Source of the DNA: Catajapyx aquilonaris
Lineage: Eukaryota
Direction: 5' to 3'
Length of the DNA: 20,000 nucleotides
NCBI GenBank assembly: GCA_000934665.2
Contig: JYFJ02001996.1
Span: 44,780-64,779, forward strand
The notes beneath the pieces are model-generated. The model was not told the DNA's origin. It made no database searches and saw only the letters and a list, made by a program, of their open reading frames with translations. Each line of letters opens with the position of its first letter. Within the stretch, counting starts at the first letter, position 1. Positions 1 to 10,900 of the stretch are shown here, piece by piece. The translations under genes and the position numbers were made by a program.

Positions 1-507
1 CGAGAAAACGGCCCTCAAATAATGTTGTGGTGAAAAATGTGTGAGTACAGGGATATGAGAATATGCAAGTTCATCTGTTGCACAGGGCATAGAGTGAGAC
101 CAACCCAACTGTCTGCCTGCTCTGAGAGGGGAACCCCACTAAACATTACAACGGATCTGCAAAGGATCAAGGCAAATTCCTTCAGCCCTTCGTTTTTTTT
201 TTTAAATCAATGGTTCGCTGGTCGCAGATCTCGTTGGCAATCATAGGATCACTTCTCGTAGTGGTATTAATCTGTCTGAGAAGCCTTGTCACTCAGATTA
301 TAAAATCCAAACCAAACATGAAATATCCTGGTAGATATGCTTCCCTTCTAGCAGCCTTGCACTTTTAACACTGAAAATGTTGCAGTAAAATTTGAACTTA
401 ACGGTCTTATGGGATGTGTCAGGCGATAGTGTCTTTCTGTGCTGTATCTGTACCGTAGAACGAGGTGTAATGCATTCCTTTGAGTAATAATAATTTTCAT
501 AGAGATC

Positions 508-639
508 GTAATAAAACCTCGCCTTATACCGGCATACCTCGCTTAGACCAGCATACCGGTATAGCCACTAGATCGCGCATTTCTAAAAACAGGTTGACCT
601 CGACTACACCGGCATGCCGCTTTAAGTGAGGTAATACGG
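508..639. mobile_element. Short degenerate pogo/Tigger-like MITE remnant
   Basis: Right end gaggtaatacgg|TA; loose inverted match at left (cgtaataaaacctcgccttataccggcat); repeated accggcat/cctcg motifs. Confidence 0.4.
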
Positions 640-641
640 TA

Positions 642-954
642 TAGGGATGTGAAATTAGTTTTGGGCGCCGATGCGTAGTTAATGCGTACTTTGAAGTGTA
701 CAGGGTCGGATGGTAAAATATGCAGTAAAAATGACAAGTGCACGGGTGTCGTACCCGGATTTTAACTTTGACAGGATTTGATCACCTATTGCACATGGAC
801 GATGTGTTACGGACCCAAGACTGGATTGTTCGGAGGCCCTCGAGCTGGCTTTTGCTTCTTTATAGCTGGTGGAACGGATGTGACGTCATGAAACTTTGAC
901 GGCACTGCATGCATGAACTATGCAACGGCGCCCAAAACTAATTGTACATCCCTA
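642..954. mobile_element. MITE with ~45-bp imperfect TIRs, TA-flanked
   Basis: tagggatgtgaaattagttttgggcgccg ... cggcgcccaaaactaattgtacatcccta, with TA on both sides. Confidence 0.8.
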
Positions 955-971
955 TATTAGTTTTACAAGTA

Positions 972-1133
972 CAGTACTGGCCAATAATCGAGGCAACGAC
1001 TAGCGACATTTTCCCGAAGCGGCAGAAGAAGGAATCTTGCTCGCCCGGCTTCTAGCATACTTATCTTCGATTCCTTCTTCTGCCGCTTCGGGAAAATGTC
1101 GCTAGTCGTTGCCTCGATTATTGGCCAGTACTG
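972..1133. mobile_element. 162-bp Tc1/mariner-type hairpin MITE
   Basis: Perfect 65-bp TIRs (972-1036 and 1069-1133) starting CAGT, 32-bp spacer, TA at 970-971 and 1134-1135. Confidence 0.92.
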
Positions 1134-1186
1134 TACTATCAGTCTACATGGCGATTGGAAGCGAGTTTCCCTTCACCCTGTATATA

Positions 1187-1963
1187 CACAGTGGTCAGTA
1201 AATGGCGCCCAAGCTTCAGGTAGCGAGATTCCTTGTGAAAAACAAGTATATGGAAGTGAAGGTCCTATTGCTCTGTGATGCCTGGTTAGGGCTCACGAGG
1301 CCTCCAAAGTTTGGGCAAAATCATGACGTCACATCCGCCCACGAAATTCAAACACTACCGTATCGCTACTGTATGCAGTGCGTTGCCATGTTGACATCCC
1401 CCACATTTCCACTCAACAATTGAATGGCATTAACTCGCGGGGATGATGGTATGGCAACGTCCCTGTGAGTTTATACGGTTCCACTGTTGGTGAAAATGTG
1501 GGGTATGTCAACATGGCAACACACCGCATACAGTAGCGATACGGCAGTGTTTGAATTTCGCAGGAGGATGTTACGTCATGATTGAGGGGTGTGGTGGAAA
1601 AACATAACTGACAAAGGTGTAATTTTTCAGGAGAGCGAATTGAAGTTTGCATTTTCTTAACAAATCATACGGAATGCTGGTTTGGATCTAGTCTGTGTGG
1701 CCGTCTCGTGCAGGATACATGAACTTGGAGTATACCAAACTGTTTGTCATGTCTTATACATAGTTGCTAGGTGTTTAGGTAAAAAATGACAAAAATGTCA
1801 GTTATCATGTTTTTCCACCACACCCCTCATTTTGCCCAAACTTTGGAGGCCTCGTGAGCCCTAACCAGGCATCCCAGAGCAGTAGGACCTTCACTTCCAT
1901 ATATTGGTTTTTCACTAGGAATCTCGCTACCTGAAGCTTGTGCGCCATTTACCGACCATCCTG
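1187..1963. mobile_element. Long-TIR Tc1/mariner-type MITE with a nested insertion
   Basis: 1187-1321 is an inverted match to 1829-1963; the arm continues as 1583-1612 versus 1797-1829; TA flanks. Confidence 0.88.
1322..1580. mobile_element. Palindromic element nested in the left TIR of the 1187-1963 MITE
   Basis: ~95-bp arms (catgacgtcacatcc...caaca / tgttg...gatgttacgtcatg), flanked by AAT and ATT; absent from the mirror arm of the host. Confidence 0.82.
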
Positions 1964-2133
1964 TATATATAGGCTCTATACTGGCTGACCAGGTGTTATA
2001 GTGGGACAGTATACTACCAGATGTGTACTTTCTAGAATCTGGGCAACCTTTTTAACGACATGCCACTCTGTGGGTTGTAACAGAAAACATTTTCTGGAGA
2101 TGACCCATAAAAAAGGAACATATTGAGATCCTC

Positions 2134-2571
2134 ATGGGAAAAGTCGGGCCAGATGGATGTGGCTGAAACCACGTCAGTTGATACACCTTGATCTTAGGGC
2201 CAATTGTTCTGAAGGCCAAATAAAACCTAATGTGCCTTTTGGCCCCTAGAGATGCTGAAGTTGGGCTTCATTTCATAAATGAAATTGAGTCAAATGCGCC
2301 ATGTGGCAAGTTTCGCTAGACACACAACTGAGTTCAACACCGGACCTTGTACTGGGATTATAGGTGCAACATAATAACTGCCAAATGGTTTGTCACAGAA
2401 TATCCCCACATGGTGCACTCAACTCAATTTCAATTATGGAACTCAGCCCAACTTTGAGTGCCTCTAGCAGCCAAATGGCATGATGGTAGATTTTCTTTGG
2501 CCTTCAGAACAAATGGCCCTCGGGTCAAAGTACCAAGTTTCAACCAGATCCATCTGGCCCACCTTTCCCAT
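2134..2571. mobile_element. Old, diverged palindromic MITE
   Basis: ~170-bp inverted arms 2134-2306 and 2406-2571 (atgggaaaagtcgggccagatggat / atccatctggcccacctttcccat; ttgttctgaaggccaaa / tttggccttcagaacaa). Confidence 0.78.
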
Positions 2572-3040
2572 ACAGAAATCCGCCATGTCCTTTCACCAAA
2601 TGATATTGGTTCCATCCTAGCCAAGCTTAGTGGTCACCAACTGGGTTGCCCTAATATTAAGGCCAACCTGTTCTTGGTTGGAGGACTTGGATCATCCGGA
2701 AGTGATCATCCTGTAGAAAAAAAAGTGAGTCATAATATGCAAAATGCCTGACAGCAGTAACACTGTCCCCAAAAAACAAGGCGAGAAAATCCTGCAGGCT
2801 CCCAATGCATTAGTCCTTCTGTAAGGCATGGCAAATATCATATGTCGGTTTGCCGCAACCATTTTGTCAAGCCCCTGGAAGTTCGGGCCAAATCCCCAGC
2901 TGCCACATGCCGAATCTGTGTCAACTAGGCACAAAAATGTTACTGGCTTCACCTCTATATTTTCTATTGGCTACATATGGTCTATGCTCCAAACAATGAC
3001 CAAATCATTACGTGCTGATCTTTGGTGCCAATGAGAATAC

Positions 3041-3111
3041 AGCCCCTGCCAGGAATCGAACCTGGGCCAGAACCTTGCACTGCTCTCGCTCTGCCACTGA
3101 GCTACAGGGAC
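3041..3111 (-). tRNA. tRNA-like sequence (pseudo-tRNA or solitary SINE head) with non-canonical anticodon loop
   Basis: Minus strand GTCCCTG TA GCTC AGTGGCA GAGC G AGAGC AGTGCAAG GTTCT GGC CCAGG TTCGATT CCTGG CAGGGGC T: four pairing stems and intact A and B boxes, but an 8-nt anticodon loop. Confidence 0.6.
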
Positions 3112-3439
3112 GACGGTCCTCAAGGCCCAAAGCCACCATGACACTACCCATGCAGTCATGCACCACGAAAATCCCCCTACACACCCAGCCCATCCCCTGC
3201 TCACCTTCCAATCAGTTACGAAGTGGCCAGCACGGTTTCAAGATCTGATGTTGCGCACCGGCGCAGAAATGTTCGACCACACAGCGAAAGGGGAAGTGAG
3301 GCACTTCAACGGTTATCCGTCGACACCTTCGGTCGCCACGGCCAGCACGGCCATTTTCCCCTCACGCCTTGGCTATTATGCTGCCAGAGAAGCTCGTCAC
3401 CGTTATGTGGCAGCACTGTGCTTTGCCTCCCTGCCCAAG

Positions 3440-3620
3440 GTTGGTGTAATAGTGTTCCTGAATGGTGCGCTCACGGGTGCGCTACTTTACGCTACTTGGC
3501 CTTGATTGGTGCGGAAGGAAAATGCATTTATGACTAATCTAACCAGCTTGCCATTTTGTCCACTGTCAAGCTTATTCGAGCTTATTTAAAAACGGGTGTG
3601 AGCGGATGTAAATAATAACG
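3440..3620. promoter_or_regulatory. Candidate (possibly bidirectional) promoter region of STK11IP
   Basis: CpG-richer stretch from about 3230 to 3520 with ATTGG (reverse CCAAT) at 3506-3510 and GCGGAAG; the acceptor at 4236 implies an upstream 5'UTR exon. Inference only. Confidence 0.3.
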
Positions 3621-4244
3621 GATAATGAGGTTTGAAATTTATCAGGCCTTGTGAAGCGTCACCATATATCACATGACTTTTGAATTTCCTGATGGCTACC
3701 ACCTGTGTCTGCTCGTCTGCTAGCACTTGCCCAGCCTGCGCAATTTGCATGCTTGGCTTACACATATGCGCACATATATATTACACTTGTTTGGCGCTAA
3801 GTTTTAATTCATCAAGGCTGGTTTGGCAGGAAGTTTAATTAAAATAATTAGTGTGGGTCTGGCACGGTCTGGCACGTGGTCTGGCAAGTGTGGGAGAAGC
3901 AATATGGCGGTTGACAATGTGTATAGTACCTGCTGGGTACTGTAGTGTGGGTGGCAAACTGAAACGAAAACATTGGGCAACACAGCATATTTGGAGCAAA
4001 GTTTGGAGGTTGCACTTTCAATGCTGGTGGTGAGTGGAAATCCACTAGTTGAGTTTTTAGGAGTATTGTTCGTATGACGCATTGGGTTATTGTTTAGCTG
4101 GTGGATGACACCTAGTTTACGCAATGTTTACATTCATATCAGGATAGATGTAGATTACATGCCATTTTAAATCACTTTGCTCCATATATCCTCAGTATCA
4201 CTTCTGTAACAATAAGAGGTAATTTGTTTTGCTTAGGAAAAACG

Positions 4245-4953
4245 ATGAGCAGCCCTACAACATTGCAACAGGAGTGCCGCACGACTGAAGTGTCTGTTAT
4301 TGAAGCGTTCTACCAGTGTGTGAAAGATGGGCAGGCTGAAGAACTTTTGGAAGGCAGAAGGCATCTTTGTTTGCATGCTGACACAGTTCATGGCTTGTGG
4401 ACAGCTATCAATTCACCCTCCCAATCAAGAGTGGAGTGTCATCTGAGTGAAGTGCGCCACATTTTGCAGAACATTCCTGGTCTGAAAGTATTGTGTAGCA
4501 CGCCAACACCATGGAATGTGAACTTGGATCTTTTTCCTTCTGTTCGAAAGTTACATATAGCAAAACTAAGGACAGAGCACATAAAGGGTCTTGCAAATCT
4601 CCGGCCACAGATAGAGACTTTGAGTGCATACAAAATGATGTTTGGGATGAATGATTTGCTGTCTCGTTGTGGAGGTGATTTTGCCCCACCCAGTCCATGG
4701 CCAATGCTTCGAAAATTTAACTTAGCCTACAATCACATTATCAGCCTGGATGAATCAGTGAATTTGATTTCATCTGTTGAAGTTCTAGATTTGAGCCACA
4801 ATCAAATACAAGATGGAACTGGAATAGAACACCTCTCTCAACTCCAGTCCCTTCACTTGTCCTACAACATGCTAACATCCATTCCAGTTTTCTCTCAGAA
4901 TGCTATTCTGACAGTTCTCAATATTAGGCACAATTATATAGAATCACTCAATG
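4245..4953 (+). CDS. STK11IP: STK11IP coding exon 1 (N-terminal LIP1 region and LRRs)
   Basis: ATG at 4245 preceded by acceptor-like ttttgcttag (ends 4236); donor G|GTGAGT; LxxLxLxxN repeats. Confidence 0.92.
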
Positions 4954-7900
4954 GTGAGTGTGAGATTGATATTATTGTGGCAGTCTTTTACAGAGCCAAC
5001 ATTTTTTTGACAGGTGTTCAGGTGCTCATAGCATTGACATCCTTGGATGCTAGAGATAACATGGTAAGCAACATTGGAGAAGTTCAACACCTGCATCCTC
5101 TTGAGAAACTGAAGGAACTTAGATTGGAAGGCAATCCAATGACTACCTGCCCACATTTTAATCTGATTGTTGCCTGTGCTTTAAATCCACGCACCGCTTC
5201 TTCTGTGGAGGTAAATAGTCCCCCTTGACTGTCCTACAATGCAGAGTCTGAGTTACCTACATTCAGTGACACGATATATTTTGCATGTTTTTGCTGATCT
5301 GCTGGAGAATTAAGGTTGTTTGAAGGGGTGTGATTTAAATTTAAAGATTTACTGTATTTGACATTTGTTTTAAGTATGCCAAGGAGAACTATAGAAAACC
5401 ATAAACAGACTAGCCAGCTCTGACAAGGGAACAGTAAGTATTGTCAATGGAGTTGCTGAATGAAACGTGGCACAATAATACAGGCAGGTAAGTTATTAAA
5501 CAACATGCAAACTGTTTCTGCGTAGCGCTACAAGGTCAAAAGTTATGACTTCTCGATGTCAACCCAAGCAACTTACCTTACGAGCGAAGTTTCAGATGTT
5601 GCACTTTAAAAAGCAGACATTTTATTACATCACTGGAAAGGGATAATACTCTGATTACAACGAGCTAAATTGCTAGATCGCAACCATATTTGAAAAAGGC
5701 CCTTCTGAATTTTTTCGAAAAAAAAAATTATACAAAAATTATTTTCTCTCAAATTACGTGCCCAATAAGCATCAAATCCAGGTTATAGCCTACTCTTATT
5801 CAGAAGATCAAGTTCCCCAATTTGTCATAAGCCAGAGACATAAACCACTTGCAGATGAAGAGAAGCATCGTACATTAGTACATCTACAACTGTTTGTAAC
5901 AATGTGTTCAAATCAAAACATGTCCGTAGAATGAGAACATCACCTGTTTAATATGACATCGTGTGGGATAGCACTGTACAGTATAAAGAGAGAGAAAGCA
6001 GGGAAACTTTTTAATATGTTATTTTTGTCGGCTCGTAGAACGCCATTGGCCCATTGCATATACAAAAGTTTTAGACATAATCGTGAGGCGGTGAGGATAT
6101 TGACTAATTGCAGTCGACGACTCATTGACGGTTTAAAAAAATCTTCCCCCGAAGACCTGTGGACATTTCTCCGCTACTATCAGCATCATTCATAGTTTAA
6201 TTTTTCGAAATGTAATGATTGCTCTGAAAATTTGAACTAAATGCCCTTATTTGTGTTCTTATCCAAATGAAGATGTTCGAAAACGAAAACCGGATATGTT
6301 CAAAACTACTTCAGTTATTTATATTTTATTTGAGCGACCCTGTGATCGGGCAGGGCCCTTTTAGGCGGTACTTCAGTTATACTTTTATATATGTGACTCT
6401 GGGTACAAAAAGTTCCCAAGTCACCAGAGGAAAATTAAAAAACAGTCGATTAGACTGCAATTAGGCAATTTCCTTACCGCCTCATGATTACGACTAAAAC
6501 TTTTGTATATGCAATGGGCCAATGGCCTTCTACTGAGCTGACAAAAATAACTTATATTAAAAAACAGTTTCCCTGCTTTCTCTCTCTTTATTCTGTACAG
6601 TGCTATCCCACACTGTCATATTATGCATAAGATGTGCTTGTTGTACAGACATGTTTTGATTTGAGCACATTGTCACAAACAGTTGTAGATGTACTAATGT
6701 ATGATGCTTCACTTCATTTGCAAGTGGTTTATGTGTCCGGCTTCCGACAAATGAGGGAACTTGATCTTCTGAATTTTCCAAGAGTAGGCTATAAGCTGGA
6801 TTTGATGCCAATTGGGCACGTAATTTGAGAGAAAATCATTTTTGTATAATTTTTTTTCTTCGAAAAAATTTAGAAGCGACTTTTTCAAATATGGCTGCGA
6901 TCTAGCAATTTAGCTCATTGTCATCAGAGTAATTATCCCTTTCCAGTGATGTAATAAAATGTCTGCTTTTTTTAGTGCGATATCTGAAACTTCGCTCGTA
7001 AGGTAAGCTGTCCGGGCTGACATGGAGAGGTCATAACATTTGACCTTGTAGCGCTACGAACGGTTTACATTGTGTTCAATAACTTACCTGCCTATATTAT
7101 TGTGCCAAGTTTCATTCAGAAACTCCATTGACAACACTTACTGTTCCCTCGTTAGAGTCAAATTCCCAGGAAGTCCATGTGACAGTAAATGTCTGACCCT
7201 TATGCAATATTCCTTTTGTCTTATGATGATATGGTTTCAGTTCACTCTAGATTCTATGGCTTTAGATAAGCAGTCAGTTAGAACAGCTCTGACAATTAAT
7301 TCTACTACTGGACAAGAGGTATCATCACTCTTCACCAAGTTAGGAATTACAACAAGCCAATGTGAGCATGGTCTTTTCTTTTCTTATTTCTTGATAATGC
7401 TTGGTGTTACTGAGATTTTGATTACAGTGTCCAACTGCAATAATGGTGCTGGCAACAGCATTCAGAAGGGTAAGAGGCACCAGAAATTTCCACGTACACG
7501 ACAAGTTGAGATAGCTGAACCACAAGGAGAAAATGAGAAAGTGCCTGAACAAGTTGCCCCACTACTTGAAGGTGAGTGTTGCACTTGAAGAAATATTTAC
7601 ATTTCAGAAGTTGTCCTTTTTAGATTCTCCAGAACATCTGAAAATGAAATGCCAAATTGAAAATGTAAGAAAGCAGTTTGGAGAAGAGAATTGGCTGCAT
7701 AGTCAGGCTGGGAGCTTTGTGCGGCAGTTGTTGGGGTTTACACAAGGCAGAGAGACAGGCACATCTGAATTAGTAACTACTGAGGCAGAAATTCACAATT
7801 TTCCAAGAAGTTCCAATGAGGAAAACAACAGCCCACTTTTGGATGTAGAGTTTTTGGAAAACCCGAAAGTGCAACCTGAGACTTGTGAAACACTCACTGA

Positions 7901-10900
7901 ATCAAGTGAAACATCATCCAGTGATGAAGAGAGAGATGACTCAATGAGTGACACTGCAGTATTAAATGATGGTAATTGTTCTAGAGCAGTGAATGTTTTT
8001 GCAGGTGTAATGAGGACCATGTCTTTTTCAGATGTACATGATGCCACATATTTTGTGCAACACGTTAGCAGAGAAAATAGTCATGTTATTTTAACTATAT
8101 CAGACAAGTTTATCAAAGAAAAGGATGTTGAGACTGCCCTTGTGATCCACTGTTGGGATGTTAGCAGCTTGCTAAGCCTTGAATGCATAAAGATAGATCC
8201 TGTCACCATCAAACTGGAATTTGACACTATTAAAAGAGATGCTGTGATAAGGGAGTATTTGATTCAAGAAGAGGATTTTCAGGTCAGTTTTAAATGAGAA
8301 ATTGCTTGTCGTGTTTAAAGACAATGCTCTCTTAACAGGATTTGCGAACTCGTCTGCATCCCACATTGGAGGCAAATGCTTCCAAAATGATGCAGGCAAC
8401 AATGCAGTGCCTCAAATGTGAATCAGAATTTTATTGTGGTGCTGCACAAAAAAAACGTCATGTAGAGGAAGGTGGTGAAGGTAAGATTTGGCCTGTCGTA
8501 GGACACAAAGTTTCAGCTTGCCTATAAAATGAGCGTTTCTTGGCAGAGAATCAGCAGGAATTTTTAACCTGCCCTGTGTGCTCCAGTGATAAGATATTTG
8601 AACTGGATTCCACACATGCACCTATGTACAAGAAAGGCAAAGGTGGGGGGGACTCACCTACTAGCTCGTCTACATGTGAGAGCTCCAGCACACTTACAGG
8701 TGAACAACAATCAGTGGCATAATTGCATGGTTTAATAACAATTGGCCCCATGCTCAAATCAATTGCAGCATATGACTCTGCCCTTAATTCACTTCCTCGG
8801 TATCCTGTGGGTAATGCAGGTGGTATATTGTCCTTCAACCAACCTGACTCCAGGCGCATGACAGACCTTGCTTCAGCATTCGCAACTAGTACCATCCCTG
8901 CTAACACCACACATGGTGCAGAGGTTATGACACTAATGGCACGGGCTGACTCAACCTCAAACAGTGATCTGGAATGCATGGGTGAGTGCTGTAATGTGAT
9001 GGTCACTTGAGGCTGCTTCACAAATGAGGTAGAAGAGTGAGCAGGTGGGCAATGGGTCTTTAGGGTGCAGAATGTGAGTGGCAATAATTCACAAATTCCG
9101 TGGATTGCCAAAGGCCAACTGGATGGACTGTCAGTGGGCTTCTAGTCCAGGGGGTTGGAGGAGGTGGTGCACAAAAGCAAAAAAATAAAAAGAGTGAACG
9201 AAAGAAAGAANGGGGGCATTGCTATCCTTGTGAGGAATTTTTTTCGCGTTTTTCCTGTCCTTGTGAGGAATTTTGTCATTACGAGGTAGTTTTCCTGTAC
9301 CTCATTGTGAACACGCCTCACAAGGATAGGGAAAAATCGAAAAATACCTCATAAAGACAGTAAAAATATATTTCACCAAAATTTTGTGTGTTTCCGTGTA
9401 GGTTAGGTTAGTTTTAAATTTTAAATTTTGGAAAAACCTCACAAGAATAGGAATGCGTGCTTCTGTGGGTGTGTATGAAGACAAGAGACAGACTGGTCTC
9501 TGCCCTGTAGTTGCTCCAACAAGGCCAAATTTGTCTTCCTACTGTCAGGCATACTGAGTACGTTTACATGGGACTAAAAATCGGCCTGACCCAGGCCTCC
9601 TAAGCAAGGCCTGCCTATGCAAAGCCTGCTCCCACTTTTGCCACTGCTACATGGGACTGACTACCAGGCACTACATGGGAGAGAGGGGGTGAGCCGCCCA
9701 AAAATAGTCCCTACCATGCCAGGCCCTACTCCGCTCCTCACAGCAAAATGTGCAATGTGTGCAGCTACCGCATGGGCTGCCCGTGATAATTAGGCAGTTG
9801 AATTACATGTACCAGCACTGTTTATTCGAGAAAGCCACAGATACGGGGGGACTAATTTCGCGGCCGGTAGTCCACTCAGAAGCAAGACCTGCGCTGTTCC
9901 ATAGCAGCCAATCACCGCCATCGCCTTAGGTAGACCACCCGATCCAAAAGGCTTGGGCTGCGCGGACAACGGCTCAGATAAGGCCGGTCTATCGTAGGCC
10001 CAGCGGCTACATGGGAGTAAACCGGTTCGCCTAGCATAGGCAGCCGTAGCTAGGCCGATTTTTAGTCCCATGTAAACGCACTCATTGTTTTCCTAAAAAG
10101 GTGCAGGCCATTCATTGGGTTAATGGGACCTGCCACGAGTTTCTGCCTGCTGTGGTGATTTTAACTCTAGTGTCTTGTTTGCCAGTTTTACACCTGCTCC
10201 CTGCTGCCACCCATTACCTGCTTGCTGGCTCTTCTACCATTTGTGAAACAGCCTTTAGGCCTTCATTTCTTGAGAATTACGAGTTATGACTATTTTGTTA
10301 TTAATATTTTGTAAGCATGTGTTGTGACCCTAGTTAAGTTTACAGATGATTAAAGGATAGTTGTAATATATTTGAATCGTTGAAATCAAAACTGCGCTCT
10401 GTTGCATTTTCAAGTTTTGCGAATCTCGGCCTTATTGAACGAAGCCTAATGACGAAAGTACGGATCACACATGCATGATATTGGTATCCACGGAAAGATT
10501 TGGCGAGACTGTCCACAGACAGACAGACAGAGCCGTTCTATAAGACTTTTTCTCTCGAAAAAGGTTTAAAACACTTAGGTCCCGGACCAGGTTGGCACAC
10601 CGCATAACTCGTGACCTAAGAGCCCGATCATGTGCCGCCAACTCTCAAGTGGCTGATATAGGCCCAGGGACCACATGTGCCAAGTGGCACCTTCTTATCA
10701 TAAAGTGCAAAGTTAAAATGCTTACGGCCCATACTATTGCGACAAGCAACGAACAAATACCAGAGTTTATCGGACCACGTTTCAACGTTTGACGCCCTGG
10801 TCCAAGGGCGAAGTGACAGGGAGGGGATGTTCTGTGTGCAGTGCATTGTCGTTTACGAAGGTCATTTTGTTAGCTCCCCTGGTGGTTAGTGCTGGGGAAA

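Noticed and set aside
1202..1652. Two ORFs sharing EIQTLPYRYCM on opposite strands
   Set aside because: Artefact of the nested inverted repeat
2430..2751. Apparent minus-strand exon with donor AAAG|GTGGGC and associated ORFs
   Set aside because: The donor lies within the arm of the 2134-2571 palindrome, and all frames contain stops
3158..3537. 115-aa and 104-aa + strand ORFs
   Set aside because: No recognisable domain; overlapping frames in a GC-richer promoter-like region; likely chance
4224..5228. 334-aa single-exon LRR ORF as a complete gene
   Set aside because: It reads through a 60-nt intron and past the exon 2 donor; homology continues in downstream exons
8551..9111. 186-aa minus-strand ORF
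   Set aside because: Antisense shadow of exons 8-9; no independent signal
9211..9211. Single N base
   Set aside because: Assembly ambiguity next to a repeat, not biology; the true length of intron 9 could differ
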